Shown here: positions 37,548 through 48,205 of the stretch, one piece after another
Numbering within the stretch: the first letter of the stretch is position 1
How the letters are laid out: each line of letters begins with the position of its first letter
NCBI GenBank assembly: GCA_001643675.2
Contig: LSRY02000023.1
Span: forward strand, 744,001 to 808,000
Reading direction: 5' to 3'
Origin: Monocercomonoides exilis PA203
Lineage: Eukaryota; Protista; Preaxostyla
DNA: 64,000 bases
The notes under the pieces: model-generated
What the model was told of the DNA's origin: nothing
What the model saw: the letters and a program-made list of their open reading frames with translations, nothing else
The model's database searches: none
Translations under genes and position numbers: made by a program

Positions 37548-38963
37548 TTATGAAGTGAATGAGAAAATTGGCAATACTTCAAAACGCAGAATACGATAAA
37601 CAACAAACACAAAAAGAATGACAATGTTCAAAAGAGCAAGAAAGTGCGAATCAAAAACATAACAAATACAATCAGCCATCAATTTAGACATAAAAGATGA
37701 TTGATCATATGAATTGAAAGAAAAAGAGGAAGAGCCTTTATGATTGATTTCTTTTCCTGAATTGTTTTTTTCCTGAGGAGATTTTTCGTTCGAGGCCTGC
37801 TGTTTTTTCTCGCTTGGGCAGCTGCTTTCTTTTCCCGATTGCTCTTGCTCTCTATTTTCTAACAGATAATAATATCTTCTCTTCATACAAACGTACATGT
37901 TGTTCAGCATCAGACAGTATTGGATCCCTCTAACAAAGCCAATAACATCTTCTGCATTTCTAATTGAACTGTTGTGCATGCGTTTGGAAAAGGCTTTTAT
38001 TTCTTCAATGATTGGCATGCTAAAACCAAAGCCTGCAACACAGCTCGATAACCCAACAGTAAATCGGCAAAGACGAATCATATGCTCTTGTGAAGTTAAG
38101 TCATCCGCTCCTCTTTGTGAAATGTGCCTTAGAAGCCCAAATAAAGTTAAAAGCAGCAAGCAGATGTTCAAAATAGAGGTGGTGAAAATGGTGAAACGAA
38201 CAGGAACATCTGGAAAGCTAATTGGAAATCCACTGCAGTTGCCAATTGAAGGAAGAAATGAAGAAAGAATTTGAGATTGATGCTCAAGAGATGAAGAGAG
38301 TAATCCTTTTACAGCAGATAAAAATACTGCAAAGAATGATGAAATTTCATTGATCTTAATTCATTTGAAATAATTTTTTAGTGATTGTTGATCGTAAATG
38401 GTTAAAAAAAAAAAAATCAATAAATAATGTTTTCATTGAAGTGAACGTAATGTTCAATAAAAATTCAATTTGTAAAAAGTATAAAAAATGCAAACTGTCA
38501 TAATTATTCGCGTAGGATGGGTTGCTGACAATTCATTGAATGGAATTGAGAGGACAAAAACAATAGACATTCCAATAAAGGATGTAGAAAAAATAAGCAG
38601 CAAAGAAGAAAAAGGAGATTCTTCAGAACATTCTTTAAATAGCTTGCATAAAATGAAGTCAAGCATCGCAAATCCACAATAAGAAAGCAATATGTTCTTC
38701 AGCATCATAATCCATCCGGAGCAAATATTCATTTTTTGAAAAGCAAATGCCAATTCTCCATACTTTTTAGTTAAAAAGAAAAAATAAATAACCCCCAAAA
38801 ACAAAGAAATATAAAGCAAATTCAAATAAAATGGTAAAAACTTTAAATTATCGTATTTGAATATTATTTCATCGAAAACAAGAATAAAGAAAACAAGTTC
38901 TATTAGCACTAACAGAACTAAACTATTTCTGAACTTTTTATGATTAAAAAATGACATTTTCAT
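37548..38963 (-). CDS. Multi-pass membrane protein of unknown function, intron-containing; 3' end uncertain
   Basis: ORFs 38454-38963 and 37548-38171 each carry several hydrophobic helices. No recognisable motif. Confidence 0.45.
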
Positions 38964-39101
38964 CTTTTCTCATCATTTCTCTTCTTTTTAATGGGTATCT
39001 TTATTTTCAGATTGTTTTTAACCTTGATTAAATGTTTTTATGTTTATCACTAATAAAAGAGTTTTCAATCAAAACACAAATTATTCCCATATTTATTTAG
39101 A

Positions 39102-40116
39102 ATGTCAAAAAAAGATGAAAGAAAAGAATTACTCTGTTTGCTTGAATATTTCAATTATTTAACTGAAAACATTATTTTTTATATTTGTAGTAGGAACAGA
39201 CAGAGCTGAAATTGAGCAGTCTTCTGAAGGAGTTAGGCAAATATTAAGAACTGTTCCTGAAAACTCTGAATTTGCCGACTTAAAGCTTCCTCTTTTTCCA
39301 TTTAAAGAAAGACAAATATGCTCAAATTGTAAGCGTAGCTCACTTATGTTTTGCCCCAATTGTATGCTTCCTTTTAGTCAATATCCACCACCTCAGTTGA
39401 AGCTTCCTCTTGAACTAAATATCGTTCATCATCCAAAGGAAAAGAAAGCAAAAAGCACAGCAGTTCATGCAAAGATTGTTTGCCCAGCCCAAACAACAAT
39501 TTGGGAATTTCCTGATTTTCCAACTTTTAATCCAAATGAAACATTGTGTGTATTTCCTTCCGATGAAGCAAAGAGTCTTACTGAACTTGATTTATCAAAT
39601 TTTACAAAAGTCGTTTTCATTGACTCTACTTGGCATCAAACACATTCTATGTGTTTAGATCCTCGAATTGCATCATTAACAAAAGTTCGACTTAATAAAC
39701 ATAAAACTCTATTCTGGAGGTATCAAAAGGAAAGTGAAGATTTTCTTGCAACAATTGAAGCTATTTACTTTTTCTTTAAAGAATTTCACATGGCGCAGCA
39801 CGATGGGAAGTATGATGGGGAGTTTGACAATCTGTTGTTTTATTACATATTTCAGTATGAGCACATTCAGACGTTGTATGAAAATGATGAACAAAAGCAT
39901 CTGTCAAAGCATTTGGACCCGTCTTATTATAGATCTAGAGCAAAAGAGAAAATTTCAAAACTTACAGATGAAGAACTGAAAACAGTTGATACAAAGATTA
40001 CAAAGAAGCTGGAAAAGAAAGAGGATGATGAATACTTCACTCCTACAGAAAATAAATTACTTATTAAAAATATGAATGCATCAAAGGAGCGCAAAATAGA
40101 TCTGTCATCAACTTGA
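39102..40116 (+). CDS. DTWD1: DTW-domain tRNA-uridine aminocarboxypropyltransferase (DTWD1-like); intron 39136-39190
   Basis: RQICSNC...FCPNC, KLPL.L.IVHHPKE..AKSTAVHAK, VFIDSTW, TLFWRYQ, LATIEAIYFF and FDNLLFYY. ATG 39102 splices in frame. Confidence 0.88.
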
Positions 40117-40351
40117 TTTTTTTGCTTGAAAGAGTTTTCATTGATTGCAGATAGGAAATAAATGTATGATTTTAACAATTATGATGTTTTTTAACATTGA
40201 TTATTGATCTGAGCAAAGCTTACATAAGAAAATATCATTTCAAAGGAGATTTTTATGCTAGCATTTTGAGGATGATTCTTTTTAATGAAATAAATAATGA
40301 CCAATGTTTAATGGTGTTATTATGAATTTTTTTCTAAAAGAATTGATATTT

Positions 40352-40529
40352 GGGGCATAATTATTTCATTTATGAAAAAATCAACAATTTGTTCCAAACT
40401 TTTTCCACAACGTTATCATGAGAAATCTTTCATTCTCATGTCAAAAAAACATTAGAAATTTTTCGAAATTGAGAAATTAATTAAATGTGCAGAATGGAAC
40501 AAAATTAATAAAGCAAAAAATATCGTCCC
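40352..40529 (+). mobile_element. ~180-bp MITE family A, TSD ATTT
   Basis: GGGGCA...TCGTCCC ends flanked by ATTT on both sides. Inverted copy at 41865-42043. Confidence 0.75.
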
Positions 40530-40812
40530 ATTTCAATATTATAACATTTATTTCTTTTTCGAAATTATCACATAATTAGCATTGAATATTATAAATTGCA
40601 TAATTCAGAAATAAAGATATATTCAAATGGTTTAAGTTATTGTGAAGAAAAAACTTTACAAAACAAGTTTTGTTTTTTTATTTTTTATTTTATTTTTTTT
40701 TTTTTTTGGAAAATCAGAATTATTTCGATTACAAATAGATTATGCACATTCTCGTTATTCAAATTGATCGATTCTCAAAGTATTTTTTTGAGTGTGTGTT
40801 TATTGTGATATG

Positions 40813-40953
<141 letters not shown>

Positions 40954-41580
40954 AATTAAAGAATTGAAAACTTTATTGTTCAATGAATTAATGAATTGAT
41001 GTTTTGTGTTCATTTTTATCGAAATCGAAATGGATAATAATTCTCATCTAATAATGTATTGAAAAAAGTTTTATTTGAGTGATTTTTTTTTTAAATACTT
41101 TCTGTAACAAATTTTGGTTAGAATTTGTATTTTAAATGAATGAAAATGAACACTGAAAAGTGAAAAGGCTATTGAATTTCAAATCTTCTTATTTTTGCAC
41201 ATCAAACTTTGGCTTTTGTTATTATTCTGTAATATTGATCATTTGAAAGAAAATTGATTTGTTGTTGACGAAAACCATTTTTGAAAAAACATTTTCTCTG
41301 AAAATGTCATGATTTCATAAATAATAACCCATATCTTGTTATGAAGTTTTGAGATTTTGTTTATAAGGTGTGAAGTTATTGTAATATTTCATTTTTGTTA
41401 TAATTTTTGAATAATTGTTTTCTCTTTCAAAAATTTTTGTTTTATTATTCACTTTGTGGATTGAAAAACAAACGCTTAATAATTGAAACTTTTTTATAAA
41501 TATATAATTCGTGAATATCATTTCGAAAATCATTATTGAAAAAAATTACCATGATTTTTTCAATTGAATAATGAATACCT

Positions 41581-41836
41581 GGGTGATTATTTTTGAAATC
41601 ATATTTTCTTATTCAAAATTTTCGGTTCAAAAATTTTCCTTGAATACCAGGAAACGAATACTGAAAAGTGAATAGGCTTATCCAAGAAATGTTTTTCATT
41701 ACTTCAGCTCAAAATTTTTGTTTTTGAAACTGGAATAATGATTTTCTCATTTGAATTCAAAATCTTTTGTCAATGACAAACAATCTTCGAAAAACCAACA
41801 ACCCGAAAAAAGATATGATTTCAAAAATAATCACAC
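41581..41836 (+). mobile_element. ~255-bp MITE family B
   Basis: TIRs GGGTGATTATTTTTGAAATCATAT / ATATGATTTCAAAAATAATCACAC, flanks ACCT/ACAT. Homologous copy at 49167-49422 and an isolated right end finishing at 5204. Confidence 0.75.
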
Positions 41837-41864
41837 ACATCTCATTTTTTCTTTTTCAGTAATT

Positions 41865-42043
41865 GTGACGATATATTTTGCTTTATGGATTCTGTTCCAT
41901 TCTGCACATTTAATTAATTTTGAAAATTTTGAAAAATTTCCTATGTGTTTTTGATGTGAGAAAGAAAGATTTATCATGATAAGGTTGTGGAAAAAGTTTG
42001 GAACAAATTGTTGATTTTTTCATAAATGAAAGAATTTTGCCCC
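41865..42043 (-). mobile_element. ~180-bp MITE family A, inverted copy, TSD AATT
   Basis: Reverse complement of 40352-40529 over its length, with AATT on both flanks. Confidence 0.75.
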
Positions 42044-42442
42044 AATTTTAAATGTGTTCACAATTTGTTGAAGGCATCTATAAAAATCCAAATTTATTTG
42101 TTGCATTTTCAATAATTGAATTAATATTATCAGTTCTTTTTTCTCCAACAATTTCAAAAAATTAAAAAATAAAGAAAACAAAATAATCATCAAAGCAACT
42201 TTCTAAAAGATAAAACAATAATTGTAAACTTTCCTTAAGAAAAAAGTAATCATAACAATATGAGAAGTGAAATTTGAACATTGTTTTTAATACTTTGGTA
42301 AAGAAACAATTGAGCCAAAGATTTATTTATAATTAAAAGTATTTTCACAAAAAAAACGATAAAACATTAGAAAGATGATCAAAAAAGAAAGCATCTCTTC
42401 AAACATAATCAACACAATTCATAACAAAAATTAACATTCATT

Positions 42443-44686
42443 CTAAAAACTCCGAAGAATTGTCTTCAAAAAGTCCCAATAACGTTGCATTGTGTCTAAA
42501 TGAAGGGATTCGTGTGTTGTGTGCGGAGACGTGATTGTTGGGCCAATTGATATGCATTGCAGCCAAGGAAAACGCTCCATAAAAACCCCACATTCATATC
42601 CAGCATGAACTGCAGTTATTTTTGGATCCTTTTTAAATACTTTTCTGAAAGAATGCTGAATAAAGTTGATATATAAAAAGAATTATAAAAACAGAGGTGA
42701 TGAAAATTTTCTCACATTCCACAGAGAAATAAACATTTAAAAGAACAATTTGATAACTCAAAGAACATTTCATTAACTTTTCAAAAGCAAAATCTCAACA
42801 GCATTATATTATAATTAACAAACAAACAAACAAACAAATATAATTAACACTGTTCTCTTTCTTCCAAACCTCAGTCACTTTCCACAATTCTGTGTCTGTA
42901 GATGTCAGCCAGCTTCCATACGTCTCCTTCGACCCAGCCACTTCCCTCAGCCCGCCAAGCTCAGCAAAGCTCTCCACCACTTCATCCACATACTCTGTTT
43001 CCGACTTCAGAAGAGCCCTCGAAAAGAAAGAGAAGGCAATATCTGCTTCAATTCCTGCTGAATGTGACATTTGTGTCTCAATCTTAAAGAAGTTCGTGCT
43101 GATGCTGGTTGTCCCCGGAAACATAGGTGACATCCGCATCACCCCGTGTGGAGCAGTCAAAATCAGAGAGACAAGACGATGGCTCGCTTCTTCTGTGAGC
43201 GCAAACTTCGGAACAGAATCAGGCTGATTGGAAGAATTCAGTTCCAAGTTCGAATCGGAAGATGAAGCCAAACTCATTTTTGAATCAGTTTTATTTTCGG
43301 TTTGATTATTTGAAGAAGAAGAAGAAGAAGAAGAAGAAGAAAAAGAAGAAGAAGTTGATAATAAATGATATTCCTCATTTTCTTCCTCACAACTTCCACC
43401 AAGACTTTTGAAATGAACTTTTTCAAATACAATTTTCATTGTTGGTTCAACACGAGAATATTCTTCCATAATTTCGCGGATCTCCTCTTCGACGCCTTTT
43501 GTGAATGAATCGACTTCATCTGCATTCAATACAATTGAGGCAAACGAGTCTGTAGCTAACACATTCCTCACAGACCCACCAGACACAGTAACAATCCTCA
43601 AGCTGCTTGGCCTTCTTGAAAGTTGTCAAAGAAAACATGTCATTCATTGCGATTATAAATATCGTTTCAGTTTCGGAGTTAACACATTTAACAGAATTTT
43701 CAATTGCATTTGAACGCATGAGAAGAAATGAAAATTACATATTCATACATTCATACATACATACATATATATGTATGTTTTTTCAAAGAGAGGGAAAGAG
43801 AATAAAAATACTAATAAATAATTACTATCAACAAAATGCACACTTCATTTCTCTTTCAACGCTTTTTTCGCCCGACCTTAATATTCTTCCAATTAGGGAA
43901 ATTGGATTTGCTCTTCCTGTGTGTATTTCAAAGCCTGAATGCCCGCTCTTACAACGCTTAACTGACAAAATAAAAGGTTGAAAGGCGCAAGTATTTTCAA
44001 CTGGCACAATAGGAAGTGAAATGCAATAACTCACTTTTATTCCGCTTGCACAGGCTATTGTTACAGTTCCATCTTCCATGTTATCCAAATTTATCAAATA
44101 CTTTGACTACAAAATCAAATATTTCACAAGATTGAGTTTTTTAAGAGAACATTTTCAAATAAAACAGTAAATGGCAAACCTTAACCATATCAGTTCCAAT
44201 GTGTAAAGCACCAAGCATCCCTAATTCTTCATCAATTGTGAACAAACATTCAATTGGTCCATGAGATAATTCTTTGTCACAAAGCAGAGCAAGCAATGCA
44301 CAAACTCCAACTCCGTTATCAGCGCCAAGTGTTGTTCCTTGTGCTTGTAATAAAGGTCCACATACAGAATCATCAGCAATTTTTGGCTTTAGCGGATCTT
44401 TTTCCAGGTTTATTTGTGAATCTTCATCCTTCACGCAAACCATGTCAAGATGAGCTTGAATACAAATCGAAGGATCATTTTCTTTCCCGTTTTGAGCAGG
44501 TTTTCGAATTACAATATTTCCAAATGCATCCCTTTGAGTTTCATAAGAAAATGAATGACCAAATTTTAATATTTTTTCCTGTATTTCTTGCGTATTTGAG
44601 GATCCTCGAGGAGTGCTCATCAAAATATTAAAGTGTGTCCACAACTCTTTCGGAAATTTTGGATGGATAGTTTCTGACTTAAGCAT
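42443..44686 (-). CDS. pepD: Aminoacyl-histidine dipeptidase (PepD, peptidase M20C), multi-exon
   Basis: PRGS, QAHLDMV, GTTLGADNGVG, FTIDEELGM, INLD, GHSG..IH.GRAN, HAGYECG and SIGPTITSPHTTHE. First intron 44179-44107; stop TAG at 42445-42443. Confidence 0.9.
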
Positions 44687-45025
44687 GTTAAATAAATTTT
44701 CAAACTCAAAAAATAAAATATCAAGAAACCAACCATTTTATAATTCCTTACACTTTTGAATTAACAAATTTAAATCAACACAGCTATTTAGCCTGTCAAA
44801 AATGTTGTAAACACCTGTTTAACAAATGACAAGATTTCACAATTTTTAAAAACGGGAATCACAAATTTTAATTTTGCATTTCACAAATTTTGTTAAACAT
44901 TATAATTGAAAATACAATTACAAATATTTCGTGAAAAACAATTGATCAACATAAATATTATTTCAATTTATTACGGAGAAGAATAGTAATTCTTCACTGA
45001 GCTTTTTCACAATTGCTTTCACGCT

Positions 45026-46213
45026 ATGACGACTCAAGTGGAGCCTGCAGATGAATTGCCTTGCGTTTCATTGCCTCCAGCACTTGTAGCAAAGCCAAAA
45101 ATCCTTGTGAGGCCAAAAGATCTTGATAAAGGCATCAAAATAGTGAAGGAGTCAGCCATTGTTCCAAGTCCATCTCCTTCTCCATCTCCACAAGTGTCTA
45201 ATTCTGAATCTCCAGGAACATCAATTGATGAGCGCCAAGAAAGATACAAACAAGCTCGCGCTCGGATTTTTGGAGACCAAGGAAAGCAATCATCTCAGGC
45301 TGGAATTTCAAAAGATTCTCCATCTTCAAATGAAGCAACAGCATCTGATTTACGTTGTGCATCGGTTTCGCAATCGATCACCCCACTTTCTTCTCCTTCA
45401 AATTCCAGTATTTCCACGTCACCAACTTCACCATCAATTGTTTCTGAAAGTCTTTCTTCATCATCACCAAACACATCAACAATTTTACCAATTCCAACAT
45501 ATAATCCATGCTATTCTCATCTCATTCCGGGAATCACGTCAACACCTCATGCTCCTCCACCTTTACCTCGTCCAATTCCTGCTCCTCTTTTGCTTCCTCA
45601 ATCGCGTCCTGTACATCAACCTTCACCACGTCCAACACCTCAGCCAAAACCTCTTTATGGAATACAAGCGCAAGCGGGACCTTCTTACGTTCAGCCATTG
45701 CAAACCCCTTATCAGACACCATTTTTTTCTCCATATCCATCACCACAATTTTTCCCACGACAACTTCCATATCAGCATTCTTCAACTCAGCCTTTGTATA
45801 ATCCACGTCAAACTTCCCTTTATCCCTCGCAAATGCAAAGCGGATATGCAATTGGCGGTAGAGGAATGGGATATGTTGGATCAATGAGTTTAGGCAGTTC
45901 AGCAGGAATGAGCGGAGCTAGTGGAATTTATGGATCTGCTGGAAGTTATGGAGGGGGATATGGCACAGGAGGATATGGACTACTGGATGGAGGATTGGAT
46001 GAGATGAATGGATATACAGAATTTGGAAGCTGTGTTGGAGGAACACAAGGATATGGATCATACGGAGGATGGTCCATGATGCCAACTATTGGAAGCGAAA
46101 GCTTATCTGGAGGCGGCATGGGAGGGTTTGGTTCAAGTGGCAGTGGGGGAAGTATGGTGGTTGGGGAAGGGGGAAGCGAAATGGGTATAGGGGGAAGCCT
46201 TGGTGGAATATGA
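45026..46213 (+). CDS. SUZ-domain protein with Pro/Gln/Tyr- and Gly/Tyr/Met-rich low-complexity tail
   Basis: KPKILVRPK...SIDERQERYKQARARIFG is the SUZ signature. Single 395-aa ORF. Confidence 0.8.
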   Translation: MTTQVEPADELPCVSLPPALVAKPKILVRPKDLDKGIKIVKESAIVPSPSPSPSPQVSNSESPGTSIDERQERYKQARARIFGDQGKQSSQAGISKDSPSSNEATASDLRCASVSQSITPLSSPSNSSISTSPTSPSIVSESLSSSSPNTSTILPIPTYNPCYSHLIPGITSTPHAPPPLPRPIPAPLLLPQSRPVHQPSPRPTPQPKPLYGIQAQAGPSYVQPLQTPYQTPFFSPYPSPQFFPRQLPYQHSSTQPLYNPRQTSLYPSQMQSGYAIGGRGMGYVGSMSLGSSAGMSGASGIYGSAGSYGGGYGTGGYGLLDGGLDEMNGYTEFGSCVGGTQGYGSYGGWSMMPTIGSESLSGGGMGGFGSSGSGGSMVVGEGGSEMGIGGSLGGI

Positions 46214-46428
46214 AGTTCCCACTTCAAATTTCATTTCGCATTCAAAGCATTCATTTCGAAAAAAAATTTTTTTATTCCTTAGATTTTTAAATCAAAGCAT
46301 TTGTAAATTTGCAACTGTTATTTGTTCAAAACAAACTATAAAATAAAATTTTTTTAAAAAGATTCTAAAAATATGCATTTTTTGAGATTTCAAATGGAAA
46401 AAGCTATATTTTTTATTGAGAAATCATA

Positions 46429-46904
46429 CACCAAAAATTATTCAAAATGAGAATTTTTGCAATCGAATTAATAATTTTGCAAACGAGTCAATAAATTTTT
46501 CATTCAATATAATAATTTTGCATTCAAATAAATAATTTTTGCGTTCAAAATGGAAAATATTCAAACGAAATAAAAATTTTAGCATTCGAAATGAAAATTT
46601 CTTTTGTTTTCACAGGAATATAAATTATTTGAAATTATTAAAAATTTCAGGAAAAAAAAAAAACATTTTTCAAAAAAATTTTTTAATGCACATGAAAATA
46701 AAAACAACATAAAATTATTTCCGATTCAAAAGTGAAAAAATGATTTTCACAAAATTTCGTGAGAGAGAGTACAAAATTTTGTTTCGTTTTGAAAAATTAT
46801 TATTTCGAATTCAAAAATTATTATTTCGTTTGAAAAAATTATTAATTCGTTTGCAAATTTTCTATTTTGAACACAAAAGTTTTCATTTTGAATAATTTTT
46901 GGTG
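46429..46904. mobile_element. 476-bp MITE with long imperfect TIRs and TA flanks
   Basis: TA|CACCAAAAATTATTCAAAATGA ... TCATTTTGAATAATTTTTGGTG|TA, with internal AATAATTTT-GCATTC-like subrepeats in mirror orientation. Confidence 0.75.
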
Positions 46905-47848
46905 TAACCATTAAAAATACTATTATCATGTGAAAAAAGATTTTGTTAATGGGAACAAGATGTACAGTTAAAAGAAAAACACTGAGGAAAATAACTTTTG
47001 TTAGAAAAAAAATACTCAATGGATGTGAAGGGTTATTTGACAGAAATATTCATTTTTTTAAAACAAAATAATAACAAAGAAAAATTGTCTTTTTCATGTT
47101 AAAATAATTGTTCAAACTTTTTATATTCAATTTAACAGAATTTTCAAAAAGGTTTTTGGTGAACAGTTGACTTCCAAGCCCAACTTTCGAGAGGATTAGG
47201 GCTTCGTGTTATCAAAAAATGCAAACATAAATCACCGATAAGAGTTTCAAATTTCAAGAAAGACAAAAGTTTTTTTGTTACGGTTACACTAAAACTCTGA
47301 CCTATATTTTAATACAGACCCTTTTTTTTTTGTGGAGCTGGCTACGGCTTTATATAAGCTGGTAGCGAACAAAAAATAACTTGAAACATTTATTTTAATA
47401 TATTTCACTTATGCATAAAAAATTTTTTAATGAAAAAATTTTCACTTAAAGATTTCGGTATTTTTTAATTTTATTTTTTGATTATCAAATTGATGGTCTT
47501 TCCATGAATATAACATTCTGGAAGTTTTAAGTAATATCATCATTACACAGCACATCCTTTTTATTGTTTTTATAACTTTTCACATTTCTCAAGTTTCTTT
47601 TTCATCTGTTTTCTCATTTCATCGACTTTTCGAAAAAATGAAATTTTCTAAAGTATTTTTAGTTTTTGTGAAAATTTTTTAATTTTTAAATCTGTACCTC
47701 ATTTAAAACTCTGAATATCGTTGGACACTCACATAATTTTTTGCTGAATAAATGTTACTGGCTTTAAAAATCAAAACTATCGAAAGTGATGTTTTTCTTT
47801 TTTCTATTTTAAATCGAATTTGCAAAACTTTTTTTGTATATCTTCATA

Positions 47849-47894
47849 TAGACCTGTGCGACATGACAAGAAATTTTTTGATGCTGTCGGTCAC

Positions 47895-47948
<54 letters not shown>

Positions 47949-48204
47949 AATACAAACAGTTTTTTTCTCAAAAACAAAAATGTAATGTTATTCTATTACA
48001 GGAAATGCGAAATATTGTTGAAATATGAGACATTCTGTGAACAATTATCACAAACAAAGTTAATTAAATATTTGAGAAAAATATAAAATTTTTAATCGCA
48101 TATGAGATATTTTGAATATGTTTATGGTTAAGATCAGAAAAAATTTTTTTGTCAATCACCTGTGTCACTTGGTGACAAAATTTGCCACTTGTCGCACAGG
48201 TCTA
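47849..48204. mobile_element. Non-autonomous hAT-like element (356 bp) with internal A50 tract
   Basis: 15-bp perfect TIRs TAGACCTGTGCGACA / TGTCGCACAGGTCTA, 13/15 identical to the TIR of the 9153-14833 hAT. No matching TSD. Confidence 0.7.
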
Positions 48205-48205
48205 A

